DNA of 64,000 nt from a virus. Numbering within the stretch: the stretch's first letter is position 1; each line of letters starts with the position of its first letter. Shown here in pieces: positions 42,626 through 53,059 of this stretch. The DNA lies in IMG/VR virus record IMGVR_UViG_3300045988_060960; one strand, 5' to 3'. Position numbers and translations under genes: made by a program. The notes below the pieces were generated by a model, which saw nothing but the letters and a program-made list of their open reading frames with translations, was not told the origin of the DNA and ran no database searches.

Positions 42626-44107
42626 TTACAGAGAAACGCGGAGGACGCCCTTGGTTTTAACCTGATGCACGGCGCCAGAGAGCTGCGCTTCCCAGTAGAT
42701 GTCGGGCATAACGCGATTCCGGCGCTGATCGTCCGTGGCGTCTGCAAACTTGGGGATAGTGACGGTGTACAGCCCGGCGCGGCTTTTCTGGTCAACGGCA
42801 ACGATTTTGTGGTCGTCGTCAGCGGCCTCGGCGAGAGTCTGCAAGACGGCAGATGCAATCAGCCCGAAGCCGGCATCATCGTAGTCGATGTTGGCGTTTT
42901 CGAGCATGATGTCGTAGAGCAGGTCACGCATACGTTTTGCGATCCAGTCTCCGCCGAGAACAACGTCGATGAACTCGCCGTTGAGGCACACGCCCTCCTT
43001 CACATACTGGCGTTTGTACTCCTCCGTGAGGAAGTTCACGTGGTTTTCCAGAAGCTGCTCCCGCTCGGCGTCGGTCAGACGCGGGAGCGAGATGAGTTTC
43101 TCACCCTCGCTGGTGTTGGCGTTGCCGTCTTGGGGGCGCTTGAATTTCCAAGTGACCGCCTTCGGATAAAAGGGACCCACATTTCCGGTGTAAGAGGCGT
43201 CCGGTTCCTCGTTCAGATACTCCTCATCCGTGTAGATTACAGCGGCCCGAGCGGTGGAGCTGACGAGCTGCTTATTGCTGGTCTGCCCCATGTAGAACTT
43301 TCGGTGGTCTTCAACACCAGCACCAAGCTCTGCCTCAGTAGGTTCACTGGCCTCCGCAAACTTCGCGAGGGCAATGACGTATTCGTCGTCGTCCTTGTCG
43401 GTCAGCAGGTAGTACCAGTCATTCGTTACCTCCGTCTGAAATTGCTTGATGGCGTTTACGAGATTATCAGCAGCGCTGATCTCGTCCGAGCCGTTTACAA
43501 ACTCCGCAGTCAGTTCGGCGGCGAAGGGAGTGGTCATGCCTTCGTCCTCGAAGATTTCAACCCGCTCGGGGATGGAATCTGCTTCACCGGAAACGGTAGC
43601 CGTGTAGAGGACGGTATCACCCACAGCCGCGCCGGAGTAAGTTTTCCCGCCAATCTCAAAGCTGGTTCCATCAAACAACGCGGCAAACTGTGCTGCGGTA
43701 GTTACGGCTGATTTGGCGGTCACTTTCACAAGGGCCTTGCCGTCTCCGCCAATTCTCGCCCACAGCTCCTTGCTTGCGTCCACACTCTGCGGTTCCGCGA
43801 ATGTTACAGCGAAGGTTGCGGTCACGGCAGGAGATGCGCTGGGAGGCTCAAAGCCTACGATTTTGAACTTGCTGATAAGGGTGTCCGCGAGGGTCGTTTT
43901 ACCCTGATTTAGCAAGGTTGTCACCTTGCGAACGATTTTGGAGTTGGGGCAAGGCCCGTCGGGGCCAAACACGGCCTCAACACTCGCCAGATCCCGGTAC
44001 GTGTTCACCGGATATTCGCCGGTGGTGGACACGAGAAGGATGTCGAGGCTCTCCTTTTCAGTGGGCAGCGCGTCTCGCTGCACCACGACGATGATGTCTT
44101 TTGCCAT
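42626..44107 (-). CDS. Contractile tail sheath protein (XkdK position)
   Basis: 493 aa. The call rests on size and synteny with the tube, chaperone and tape measure genes. Confidence 0.7.
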   Translation of the reverse strand: MAKDIIVVVQRDALPTEKESLDILLVSTTGEYPVNTYRDLASVEAVFGPDGPCPNSKIVRKVTTLLNQGKTTLADTLISKFKIVGFEPPSASPAVTATFAVTFAEPQSVDASKELWARIGGDGKALVKVTAKSAVTTAAQFAALFDGTSFEIGGKTYSGAAVGDTVLYTATVSGEADSIPERVEIFEDEGMTTPFAAELTAEFVNGSDEISAADNLVNAIKQFQTEVTNDWYYLLTDKDDDEYVIALAKFAEASEPTEAELGAGVEDHRKFYMGQTSNKQLVSSTARAAVIYTDEEYLNEEPDASYTGNVGPFYPKAVTWKFKRPQDGNANTSEGEKLISLPRLTDAEREQLLENHVNFLTEEYKRQYVKEGVCLNGEFIDVVLGGDWIAKRMRDLLYDIMLENANIDYDDAGFGLIASAVLQTLAEAADDDHKIVAVDQKSRAGLYTVTIPKFADATDDQRRNRVMPDIYWEAQLSGAVHQVKTKGVLRVSL

Positions 44108-44122
44108 AAGGCTTCCTCCTTC

Positions 44123-44653
44123 TTATGAATGAGCATTTCCCGAAGGATCGTTTACTCGCTCGACTGTTACTGTCGGCATCTCATCGGTTCTGACAAACGA
44201 GATGCGGATGTCGAATCCATACCGGCGAACGGAATCCTCTACGAGAAAGCTGGTGCGGTTTGCGGCGGCGCCCACATTATTCACAACAACATCGCCAAAT
44301 TCGGTTCTGATGTTGTGTCCGTTCAGCAAGAAAAAGCCTAAGCCTTTTTCACAAAGGGCGAGGGCTTCATCCTCTCCGTACACAAAACCATTTTCAGTTT
44401 CACGGTTCATGCTGCAAAAAGTGAAGGACATTGTAGCCATCACAGGTTCTGACCTGCGACGGATGAACTCTCCGTCTTTCTCGATCAGCTCTTGCAAGCC
44501 GAAAGCGTGTTCTGAAATTCGCGGAGCAAGAATGCTGTAATAGCAATACGGATAATCTGGCATATCTTCGATCTGCTCAGATAGCCGAACCGGTCGTCCG
44601 ATGTGGGCTTCCAGTCCTGCAACGATTGCGTTGCGAGCTTGTTCCAGCGTCAT
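44123..44653 (-). CDS. Tail completion / neck protein
   Basis: 176 aa. The call is positional. Confidence 0.5.
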   Translation of the reverse strand: MTLEQARNAIVAGLEAHIGRPVRLSEQIEDMPDYPYCYYSILAPRISEHAFGLQELIEKDGEFIRRRSEPVMATMSFTFCSMNRETENGFVYGEDEALALCEKGLGFFLLNGHNIRTEFGDVVVNNVGAAANRTSFLVEDSVRRYGFDIRISFVRTDEMPTVTVERVNDPSGNAHS

Positions 44654-45000
44654 TTCTTTACCACCCCTTCCACCAAAAAGCGGAGCATGGGGTGAATAGA
44701 GTTGTGCGACAGTTTTTGCGTGACGGTGTACTGCTGACCGTCGTAGGTGTCTCGGATAATCTGTCCGGGAGAAATGTCGATCGGGTCATCGGTGTACAGC
44801 TTCTGAGAGTTTTGTGTGTAGGTTCCTTCAGGAAGCATCTTCCAATCCAAGTTGGAAAGGGGGAGCACTACGCCCCAGAAGCTCTTTACCGGTTTTTCCA
44901 CGGGCCTCGACTGCCCGCCGGGGCCGCGCTCGAATGTGCGGTCTGTCACGGTCAGAATGTGTAAAAGCGCTCGTGGAAGTCTTGGTGTTGCACGAAGCAT
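44650..45000 (-). CDS. Head-tail adaptor / head closure-like protein
   Basis: 116 aa. The call is positional. Confidence 0.5.
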   Translation of the reverse strand: MLRATPRLPRALLHILTVTDRTFERGPGGQSRPVEKPVKSFWGVVLPLSNLDWKMLPEGTYTQNSQKLYTDDPIDISPGQIIRDTYDGQQYTVTQKLSHNSIHPMLRFLVEGVVKK

Positions 45001-45003
45001 AGA

Positions 45004-45432
45004 TTACTCCTCCACTTTGTACGCGATGCGGTCTCTGATGTGAGTACCTGTTTCATACAGCGTCGTGTGCTGCGTTTTCTTTGAGAAATCAGATTGCGGC
45101 TTGACACGGTTATCGTCGATGAAGTTCTGCACGAGTTGAGCAGCCTGCGCCCCAATGGCGTTCGCTGCGGAACTTGCGGATGTTTCACCTGTCAGAACCT
45201 TGTCTACCTGCTTTGTAACAATGCCGCTGAGCTTTTCTTGGTCGGCATCGAAACTCGCTCGTATGAACGAGCGTTCTGGCAGCTTATCAGTACCGTACTC
45301 ATGCGCGTGGGCAATCGCGATAACTTCCGAATCTGCCTCGCCCACAATCCCGACAATGATTTTCTTGCCCGCCATCTCACGGCAGGCGGATTTCAGGCGC
45401 TCAAAGTCGCTGAGTATCGCATTGGTGTCCAC
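45004..45432 (-). CDS. HK97 gp10-like head-tail joining protein
   Basis: AIAHAHEYGTDKLPERSFIRASF resembles the gp10-family core. The GTG at 45432 follows GGAGG plus 8 nt. Confidence 0.6.
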   Translation of the reverse strand: MDTNAILSDFERLKSACREMAGKKIIVGIVGEADSEVIAIAHAHEYGTDKLPERSFIRASFDADQEKLSGIVTKQVDKVLTGETSASSAANAIGAQAAQLVQNFIDDNRVKPQSDFSKKTQHTTLYETGTHIRDRIAYKVEE

Positions 45433-45434
45433 GA

Positions 45435-46058
45435 TCAATACCTCCGATACATATTGATAATCTGGGACCAAGATTCAGGCTGAGACTTGTCGAAATTCCA
45501 TGTCACGTCAGAGATAGAGAAAGACGACAGCCCCTGAGAACCATTTTGCAGATTGGTATACGCCTGAGAGACGATATCCCAAATCAGCCCTTCAAGATCC
45601 GCAGGCAGGGTCTGAGGGTCATCGGCAGTGGCATCCTTTGGTAAAACATATCCCGCCGTGTAGCTCACTTCGATGGCCCTCTTGGGCGCTACAATGTCGT
45701 AGGCCAGACCTCTGCGGTATCCTGCTTTCAGCCAGCCCTCGTCCCGGTAAATCACCCCGATCTGTCCGTCCTGCGAGAAGTCATAGGTTTTCGGGTCAAC
45801 TACTTTGCCGTCTTCCTTGACATACTCCACACTGATGATGGGGTATTCCAGAGTGACGAGTTCCTGCTGTCCGTCGGCATCGTATTTTTGCCGGTAAGAC
45901 CGGCGGCCCAAATGCCTGCCGATCTGGCGCTCGATCCACGAGGACGCCCGGTTAATCAGGAGCGTGATGACCTCATCAGTTTGAGCATCCTCTACTCCTG
46001 CCAACCCCAGCATCAGCTTCATTCTGTCGAGGGTTGTGAGCGCATTGTCTGCAAGCAT
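45435..46058 (-). CDS. gp6-like head-tail connector
   Basis: The N-terminus LTTLDRMKLMLGLAGVEDAQTDEVITLLINRASSWIE is typical of the Phage_connect_1-type family. Confidence 0.65.
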   Translation of the reverse strand: MLADNALTTLDRMKLMLGLAGVEDAQTDEVITLLINRASSWIERQIGRHLGRRSYRQKYDADGQQELVTLEYPIISVEYVKEDGKVVDPKTYDFSQDGQIGVIYRDEGWLKAGYRRGLAYDIVAPKRAIEVSYTAGYVLPKDATADDPQTLPADLEGLIWDIVSQAYTNLQNGSQGLSSFSISDVTWNFDKSQPESWSQIINMYRRY

Positions 46059-46087
46059 ATAGACCTCCTAAATGAGAGGCGGCAAGA

Positions 46088-46234
46088 TTATTTCTCGCCG
46101 CCAGCGTCTTTCTTTTTGTCGTCGGGCTTTACGCCCCCGGCGGGTGCGGGTGCCGCCGAGCCGGGAGCCTTGTTGCTGCTGGGGCCAGTTGCCTTGTTGG
46201 CGGAAGGCCCGACAGGTTTGTAGATTCTCGGCAT
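46088..46234 (-). CDS. Small low-complexity basic protein (48 aa)
   Basis: Absent from the ORF track. My translation is MPRIYKPVGPSANKATGPSSNKAPGSAAPAPAGGVKPDDKKKDAGGEK*. The ribosome-binding site is GGAGGG plus 7 nt. Confidence 0.4.
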   Translation of the reverse strand: MPRIYKPVGPSANKATGPSSNKAPGSAAPAPAGGVKPDDKKKDAGGEK

Positions 46235-46248
46235 GGTCATTCCCTCCG

Positions 46249-46617
46249 TTACACGGGCTGGGTGTGCTTGTCGCCGAGAGCGATGGACAGGGCAGTGCCG
46301 GTAGCGGCAGCGCCGGAGGCGGTAATCTTCACAAAGTCCTTCAGACCCAGCAGGTCGATGTCGATGTTCACGACATCATCTTTTGCCAGCTCCTCAGTGG
46401 TGAAGGTACCGCCCTCGGTCTGCTTCTCAGGAAACACCTGAACATCGGTTACGGGGACGAAATCGGAATTGTCATCACTGTGGGTGACGGTCAGGGTCAG
46501 CGCACCGGCGGTCCCGATCTTGGCGCCAATCACGCCGGACAGGAAACCGGACCGGTCAATGGCCTCCCCAGAGGTGTAGGGCAGAACTTTGACGTTCTGA
46601 AGCAGTTCTCTTTTCAT
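46249..46617 (-). CDS. Hypothetical head-module protein
   Basis: 122 aa, directly after the major capsid gene. Confidence 0.6.
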   Translation of the reverse strand: MKRELLQNVKVLPYTSGEAIDRSGFLSGVIGAKIGTAGALTLTVTHSDDNSDFVPVTDVQVFPEKQTEGGTFTTEELAKDDVVNIDIDLLGLKDFVKITASGAAATGTALSIALGDKHTQPV

Positions 46618-46633
46618 TGCTGTTTACCTCCTA

Positions 46634-48256
46634 TTACACGGGGACAGAAACCTTGGAGGCCACGGCGAAACTCTCGTCATGGCGCAGGCCGGTGTCCACA
46701 TTGTTGATGGCGCGAACCAGCGTCTGGTCGTTCTCGAAAGCGGAGATCAGGTTGCCGGCGTCATCGGTCCAAGAGCCTTCACGGCTGGTCTCGATTTCCA
46801 GAGCGCCCTGCTCGCCGATAACCAGATCGTTCCAGTTGCCGAAGATGATCTGGGTTTTACCGCCCACAGTTTCCAGCAGGTTGGTGGTCTTGTAGGGGTA
46901 GCCAACCAGAGTGCCGTTCTTGTTCATCTCGTCAGCGAAGATGAAGCCGCCAACATTGTCGCGAAGGGACTTGAAGAACTGTTCCACGCTGGTGTTGAAC
47001 ACGAAGCCCAGACCGTCGGCATAGACGTTGTTCTTCAGGACGGAAGCCACGAGGTAGTTGGGGAAGGCGGCGGTCAGGACGCCGGCAGTGCTGGCGTATT
47101 CAGTGCCGAGGCTGGTCACGTCCAGATTCAGGACGTTCTTGTTGCGGGTGATACCGAGAGGCTGGAACTCACCGCCGGAACCCAGAAGCGCGCCGAAGTC
47201 AACGCCGAGGGCCATCTGCTTGGTGACATCCTGACCAACGATGACGTCGTTGTCGAAGTTGGTAGAGCGCAGCAGATCGTTACTCATGGGGATGAGGGCG
47301 GTCAGCTTCTTGGCAGACAGCTTCAGGTTGCCGAACTTGGGAGCGGACTTGGGCAGAGAACGGCTCTCACCAGTAAACAGAGCACGGGAACCGGTCTTGA
47401 TCTTGGGGATGTTCAGGTTGCCATTATTCATGCCGAGCCGGCGGGCGCCCAGGCTATAAATAACGGTGGAGGGGTACAGCAGCTCGATGATCTCGTTGGC
47501 GTACACCTCGGGAACCAGATAACCACCGTCGGAAGGAGAGGTCACAGACAGGGCCTTAAACTCATGCGCCATCTCAGTGTCGCCGAATTTACGCTCCGCA
47601 GTGAAAGCGGCCTTCTCGGCGTCGCCGCCGGATGCGTGGATGCACTTCACAGCACGGCCAAACATACCGTAGGCAGCTTTGCGGCGCTCGGGGCCGGACA
47701 TGGATTCCATACGAGCCTTGAAGCCGGTAGTCCGCACACTGTCACGAGAAGCGCCGGTAGAGAGGAACAGGCTTGCGTACTTGCGCTGGGGAGCGCCCAC
47801 ACGCTCACCAGAGCGGGCCGCCTTGGTCTCAGTGACACCGGCGGTACCCTTTGTCTCAGAGGCGGGAGCGGCGCTCTTGGCGCCCTCAGAAGCGCCCATA
47901 GCACCCAGAGCGGCGATCACCTTGGCGATCAGCTCGGGAGACACGGCAGCGCCCATGTCTTCGCCTTCGCCCTTCTCAGCGACGACGCCAGCAGCGGGAG
48001 CGGCAAAAGCGAGCGGGTCGGTAACAGCGAGCGGGTCGGTAACAGCAGCTGCGGCAACACCGTCGCCTTCGCTCTCACCAGAGCCAAAGCCTTCGTCACC
48101 CAGCGCGCCGAGGATGTTGTTTACCTCGGAGATAATATCATCGGTGGAGAAGCCGCCGGGGGCACCTTCGCCCTCCTTGCAAGCCTTGCGACGCTCGTCG
48201 AGATTGGAAAACACCTTCGCAATCAGTTCGGCGAGCTGTTCCTGAGTAAGTTTCAT
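46634..48256 (-). CDS. Major capsid protein, HK97 fold, with a long N-terminal low-complexity/scaffold-like region
   Basis: 540 aa. The C-terminal ~350 aa include KLSAKKLTALIPMSNDLLRSTNFD. It follows the prohead protease. Confidence 0.85.
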   Translation of the reverse strand: MKLTQEQLAELIAKVFSNLDERRKACKEGEGAPGGFSTDDIISEVNNILGALGDEGFGSGESEGDGVAAAAVTDPLAVTDPLAFAAPAAGVVAEKGEGEDMGAAVSPELIAKVIAALGAMGASEGAKSAAPASETKGTAGVTETKAARSGERVGAPQRKYASLFLSTGASRDSVRTTGFKARMESMSGPERRKAAYGMFGRAVKCIHASGGDAEKAAFTAERKFGDTEMAHEFKALSVTSPSDGGYLVPEVYANEIIELLYPSTVIYSLGARRLGMNNGNLNIPKIKTGSRALFTGESRSLPKSAPKFGNLKLSAKKLTALIPMSNDLLRSTNFDNDVIVGQDVTKQMALGVDFGALLGSGGEFQPLGITRNKNVLNLDVTSLGTEYASTAGVLTAAFPNYLVASVLKNNVYADGLGFVFNTSVEQFFKSLRDNVGGFIFADEMNKNGTLVGYPYKTTNLLETVGGKTQIIFGNWNDLVIGEQGALEIETSREGSWTDDAGNLISAFENDQTLVRAINNVDTGLRHDESFAVASKVSVPV

Positions 48257-48261
48257 TTTCG

Positions 48262-49014
48262 TTACCTCCTGTTAGGTGAGGGGACAATCTCGAAGACAAT
48301 CCCCGATGTTTTGGTCTGCTCAGGTTTCTGCGCAGATTTTTGGATGTTGTTCTGGGTCTGAGTTTCCTCCGGCGGCGCCGGTTCAAGGAACGGGCCGAGG
48401 ATTTCAGCAAGTTCCCGGACAACTGCGATAAAGGGTTTCAGAGCGTCAAGCCGTGCGCGGGTAATTTTGCCAGCCTTGATCTCAGAACGGAGATCTTCGG
48501 CGAGCGATTTTACCTCGTTGATCTTGGCCTGGTCATTCATAGCCCAGGTCACAATGGAAACTTCCCACAGCCTGATTTCTTTCAGATGCCGAACGCCATC
48601 ATCTTTGTCGAAGTCGAAAGATACTGCATCGTAGCCGATAGACAGTTCTGTCAGTACGCCGTCTCTGAGCAGCGTTTTGATGTCGCGGCCCATAGAGGTG
48701 TCACTGATTTTGCCCCGGATGAAAAGACCTCTCTCATCCTCACGCAGTTCCAATGGTCTGCCGACAGGAAGCCAGCAATCGTTGTGCAGCGCGAGGATCT
48801 TGATTCGGTCAAAATCCTCTCTGATGGTCTTGGAGAACGCGCCTTTCTCGATGATGTCATCGCCGCTGTCCCTGTTTCCAAACACAGCCGCGTACCCAGA
48901 GAACTCGCCACTCTCATCAGAGTTTTCCAGTTCAAACTTGAACGCCTTGTACTCACAAGTAGAGGCTTTCGGCTCCGGCGTAGCACCGGCAGCTCGTTTT
49001 CCCTTAATAGCCAT
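48262..49014 (-). CDS. HK97-family prohead protease
   Basis: FSGYAAVFGNRDSGDDIIEKGAFSKTI and LHNDCWLPVGR match the prohead protease family. Confidence 0.85.
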   Translation of the reverse strand: MAIKGKRAAGATPEPKASTCEYKAFKFELENSDESGEFSGYAAVFGNRDSGDDIIEKGAFSKTIREDFDRIKILALHNDCWLPVGRPLELREDERGLFIRGKISDTSMGRDIKTLLRDGVLTELSIGYDAVSFDFDKDDGVRHLKEIRLWEVSIVTWAMNDQAKINEVKSLAEDLRSEIKAGKITRARLDALKPFIAVVRELAEILGPFLEPAPPEETQTQNNIQKSAQKPEQTKTSGIVFEIVPSPNRR

Positions 49015-49050
49015 ACGGTTTACCTCCTTTCCTCAGAGATTAGGGCAATC

Positions 49051-51171
49051 TTAAAAACCGCCGTATGTCAGGTAACAACGGCAGTTGATAAGCTCTTCCG
49101 GGCGAGGGTCCTGCGGATCACGCGGATAGCGCAAACCGTTAGAGAACCTGCCATCAATCGGCACGGTCTCGCCATTTAGGATTACATGGTTAGGTCCATT
49201 CGACCCGTCCCTCGGGTTTTTCTGTGGCCTGTGATGCCATGTTTTAGTTTTCGCGCCGGCAGATTTCATCATGTCAAACTGCCCTGTGGCCAGTGTCGTC
49301 ATGGTTTCTTGCCGCGCAATGGTTTTCACGCGGGCAGCAGACGCAAAATTCATCTCGTCCTTGATGTACTGTCGCAAGGTGGCTTGGCTCGAACCCTCCG
49401 CCACTCCGCGCGATATGATTTCCGCAATCTTACGCTTGGTGGCTTGTTCAATACCGACGATCCTTTGCCCGCCGTTCACCTTGGCGTGGGTTACGAATTC
49501 AGGCCGGTCCACTTCAGTGAGGTTGTAGATTTCCTCACTGATTTTTACGCCATCGGAGTAGGTTTTCCGCCAGATCGGGTTAAAAAGTTGAATCAACTTC
49601 TCGGCTTCAGCGTTCCAATCCAGCAGCCCATCGGCAATGGCCTCGGTGATCCGGCGCTGCTCATCTTCTGGCAGAGCGTCCCACAGGTCAGGGTCGAACA
49701 TACCGTCGTCTGTGAGGAACCGGGACAGTGCCTCGAATACGTCGTCTGCGACGGCCTTGCTCGTGAGGCCGAGAGCCTCTGACACAGCGTCGATCTGGTC
49801 GCGGAAGTGTTTGGTCACGGCAGCCTCGAAAAGCCGCACGTCGGCCCGCTCGGCCTCAGCTTCGCGGCGGACGAGAGCTTCGGGGTTTACTCTGGCCCTC
49901 TTTTTCTCTCCCCATCCCCAGGACTGCTGCAACGCAAGATCATCTTGGAGCATGGATTGAGAAACGTCAGCCATGCTGTCTGTTTCATTCAAGAACAGGT
50001 CGTTGATGGAAACTTTGAATACATTCCCACCTTCGATGTCGGGCATATCCAGAAGTCTCCGAGCCTCGTTCTGCATGAGCAGGCCGGAGTTCCAGCCGTC
50101 GAGAGCCTTTGCCTTATCGAACTCCTTATCGTAGGGAATCACAGGGTCAAATCGCCAGATAAGTCCGTCTCCGAACAGGGGGAGCAGCTGCTTGTTGATG
50201 GCTTCCTCACGCATTTTGATGCGCGGGGCGAGTACATTCTTGGCGTAGATATACTGCGCAGCGTCGGCAGTTGCGCGGTTGCTGTTCTCGGTGATGCCCA
50301 TGATCTCGCGCGGAACACCAAAGTGTTCCAGAACAGCATCTCGAATTGCGATGCGGCTTTCCACGAAGCTCAGGTTCTTTCCGTTGCTGCTCCCCAGTTC
50401 TTTCACATCTACACGGCCCGAAAAGGCAGCTGCTAGGTGGCTGTTCTCCACTCCGCGATGCTTCTGGTTCCAGCGGGCCAGAAAGGCATCCCGCTGGTCA
50501 TCCGTGGCATCCGGCATGAGGAATACCACCGGGGGCGTGGCGTCGTTGTAGAAGAAGCGCTTTTGGAACCTTGCGGCGTACTCGTCAATTTCGACCTCAT
50601 CAGCTATGCTCTCGGCAATACCGAGGCCGCGCAAGAACGGGTCGAGCGGGTTAAGCTGCTTCATCACGAACATATCATCGACGGGGACCTGCATTGTCAG
50701 CCCTCCGGGGGAGACAATGGTATAGGTTGGGCTGCCGAGATACGGCGTCATCTTTACCCAATGCGGGGGGACATTCCACAGCTCAACGGGACGATTCCGT
50801 TCATCCCGCTCGATAAGGAAAAAGCTCTCACCGACGAGCATCAGATAAATCTCATGTAGTCGCCAGATGGCGGAGCTGGTCATCTCGTACAGAGGGTTGG
50901 GCTGCTCCATGAAATCGAGAAAACGATGGCTCGTAATCTCAGTTTCTGTTCCGTCCTCCTCCACTTTCAACAGCTTCCCGCTGATGGTGGCAAGGTCGCT
51001 CGCAATACGGTCCACCACAGCAAGTCGAGGGCTTTTGGAGAACATATCCAGCCACTGCGCCGTGTTCAAAGAGGGCGGTCTCGCCCAGCGCGAAACGAAG
51101 TTATCCTTGGCGGTTTTCATATACTCGTCCCGGACACTTCGGCGCGTGATTTCAAGATTAAAGATTCTCAT
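49051..51171 (-). CDS. Portal protein fused to a MuF/SPP1 gp7-like head morphogenesis domain
   Basis: 706 aa. The N-terminal ~400 aa are portal-like. The C-terminus ARQETMTTLATGQFD...NGPNHVILNGETVPIDGRF...INCRCYLTY is MuF-like. Confidence 0.85.
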   Translation of the reverse strand: MRIFNLEITRRSVRDEYMKTAKDNFVSRWARPPSLNTAQWLDMFSKSPRLAVVDRIASDLATISGKLLKVEEDGTETEITSHRFLDFMEQPNPLYEMTSSAIWRLHEIYLMLVGESFFLIERDERNRPVELWNVPPHWVKMTPYLGSPTYTIVSPGGLTMQVPVDDMFVMKQLNPLDPFLRGLGIAESIADEVEIDEYAARFQKRFFYNDATPPVVFLMPDATDDQRDAFLARWNQKHRGVENSHLAAAFSGRVDVKELGSSNGKNLSFVESRIAIRDAVLEHFGVPREIMGITENSNRATADAAQYIYAKNVLAPRIKMREEAINKQLLPLFGDGLIWRFDPVIPYDKEFDKAKALDGWNSGLLMQNEARRLLDMPDIEGGNVFKVSINDLFLNETDSMADVSQSMLQDDLALQQSWGWGEKKRARVNPEALVRREAEAERADVRLFEAAVTKHFRDQIDAVSEALGLTSKAVADDVFEALSRFLTDDGMFDPDLWDALPEDEQRRITEAIADGLLDWNAEAEKLIQLFNPIWRKTYSDGVKISEEIYNLTEVDRPEFVTHAKVNGGQRIVGIEQATKRKIAEIISRGVAEGSSQATLRQYIKDEMNFASAARVKTIARQETMTTLATGQFDMMKSAGAKTKTWHHRPQKNPRDGSNGPNHVILNGETVPIDGRFSNGLRYPRDPQDPRPEELINCRCYLTYGGF

Positions 51172-51183
51172 ATTTCACCTCGA

Positions 51184-52644
51184 TTAGAAATTGAAAGAGA
51201 AGCCGAACGGCTGCTTTTCTTCCAGTTCAAGGTAGGCGTTTGCTGACGCATCCACCATATCTTTCAGTTTCCCTACGGGGAAGTTTTCAAGCTGCCTGAA
51301 ATACTCGTCATTCCACTCTGCGAGTTTTACATCGACATTTCCGGCAAGCCACTGAGAGGAAAATGGTTCTGCTCTTGTTACCTTGTCTCCGCTTTCAAGC
51401 GAGGTGGTAACAGTGAAGCCTCCCAGCATTCTCACAAAGCTCTGGGCCTGATCCTTTCCAGCTTGTCCGGGGTCCTGCGGAAGTCGGATAGTCACATTTC
51501 CGTAGAGCGCATTGTCGCTCTGGGCAGTGTTCAGAATGAGTTGTCGCACATCAGCGCCGTTTTCGCGGACATTTATGACGTCCGCGACAAAGATCCGGCC
51601 ATTCTTTCTCTTTCCGAGAAGAACGCCTGCTGTATAAGCGCTGCTGTCGCTACGACTGTTTTTACGTAGAGCCTGCGGCAGTCCGTCAAGTTCGTCCACT
51701 TCACCGGGCGCCGTAGCGGCAAGGTCCCAAGCACGAACCCACCGAACAACGTCGGTAGGCACCGCATGGAACATCTGCCCGACTTTGGAGCGTTTGAAGT
51801 AATGCCCGGCGGATCTTCGGATTTTCCAGTTGCCGTTCAGCAGCTGTTCCTGGTCGAACTCAGACATCGCTCTCAGAGCGCCCATGTATCCAGGGTCGTG
51901 TTTCATCATGGCGGCGTTGTCCGTCAGCTTGGCGCTGATGAAGGATACGGACTTTACGTCTTCTTGCTCCTCCGGGGAATACAGACGGAAAGTTTCGTAC
52001 AGTTCCTGCGGAGTATCGGCCCAGTGGATGATGTTATTTCGCCGGACGAAGTATCGCAGCTTTCCGCATTTACTTTCGTCAGCGTACCCGGTTTCCGGGT
52101 CGATCCACCAGTCGATGAACTTCGCCACCCAGCTCTCGCCGTCAGGGTTGCAAGTGGCGCGGATATGCGGCTTTACGCCGCAGGTTGAGCGGTTACGAGA
52201 GAACATATAGAAAAACTGGCTCTCCGTGAAATGCACGAGTTCGTCGAACATCAGGAGCGGGATCTGAGAACCCTGCCAGTTGTATTTCTCTTTCTCGTAG
52301 AACATATGAGCGAACGTCACTTTGGCGCCAGACTGAAATCGCCACTGCACATTTGGCGTCAAAACGCTTGTCGCACCAAGATACGGATAGATCTCTTGGC
52401 TTGTGGCGTACAGACCGCCAGCGCTCATAATCTGCGGTCTGGACTGGCGGAATATTACGGCCTCGAACAGTTTGTTATCTACGTGCCGCAGACATTCAAG
52501 CAGCAGCGCAAAGGTCTTTCCGCCGCCCGCTGCGCCGCCATAAATACAAATGTCAGCCGGGGACCGCAGAAACATTTCCTGCTTTCCCTTTTGCGGGCGA
52601 ATAATTACCGGGCAGCTGCCGGAATCAGTCTTTCTTTTTGCCAT
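51184..52644 (-). CDS. terL: Terminase large subunit
   Basis: It has a Walker A motif (IYGGAAGGGKTFALL), LLMFDELVHF, and a C-terminal nuclease region. The ATG at 52644 follows GGAGG. Confidence 0.9.
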   Translation of the reverse strand: MAKRKTDSGSCPVIIRPQKGKQEMFLRSPADICIYGGAAGGGKTFALLLECLRHVDNKLFEAVIFRQSRPQIMSAGGLYATSQEIYPYLGATSVLTPNVQWRFQSGAKVTFAHMFYEKEKYNWQGSQIPLLMFDELVHFTESQFFYMFSRNRSTCGVKPHIRATCNPDGESWVAKFIDWWIDPETGYADESKCGKLRYFVRRNNIIHWADTPQELYETFRLYSPEEQEDVKSVSFISAKLTDNAAMMKHDPGYMGALRAMSEFDQEQLLNGNWKIRRSAGHYFKRSKVGQMFHAVPTDVVRWVRAWDLAATAPGEVDELDGLPQALRKNSRSDSSAYTAGVLLGKRKNGRIFVADVINVRENGADVRQLILNTAQSDNALYGNVTIRLPQDPGQAGKDQAQSFVRMLGGFTVTTSLESGDKVTRAEPFSSQWLAGNVDVKLAEWNDEYFRQLENFPVGKLKDMVDASANAYLELEEKQPFGFSFNF

Positions 52645-53059
52645 TCTCACCAACCTCCGAATCTCTCTCAGGCAGGTAAATCTGGACCTGCGGCTGGACA
52701 GAAAGGGGAGTTCCAGTGATCTTGGCCTCCACAGCTTTCCGGTCGTTGAAGAAGTCGCCGCCGTACACCTTCAAGGCATAAATTATGGCGGTCGTATCTC
52801 CACTCGACACGCGCTCCATCAATTTGTTCTGGCACATAGCCACAACGGCAAGACGGCCATTCTTGATGGCTTTCTCCAAAGCAGCGTGTTCTTTTTGGAG
52901 GTTTTGCAAGGTTCGTCTGGTGATGTCGAACACTTTCGCGATCTCATCCATCGACTTACCCTGCATGGCGAGGGACTGCACAATGGCGAGGTTGTTTTCA
53001 ACCTCGCCAGATTCTATCCACTGCTCGAACAGGTCCTTTCTCTTTTTCTCATTAGCCAT
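52625..53059 (-). CDS. terS: Terminase small subunit
   Basis: 144 aa. It has an HTH (GKSMDEIAKVFDITRRTLQNLQKEH) and sits immediately upstream of terL. Confidence 0.75.
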   Translation of the reverse strand: MANEKKRKDLFEQWIESGEVENNLAIVQSLAMQGKSMDEIAKVFDITRRTLQNLQKEHAALEKAIKNGRLAVVAMCQNKLMERVSSGDTTAIIYALKVYGGDFFNDRKAVEAKITGTPLSVQPQVQIYLPERDSEVGENGKKKD

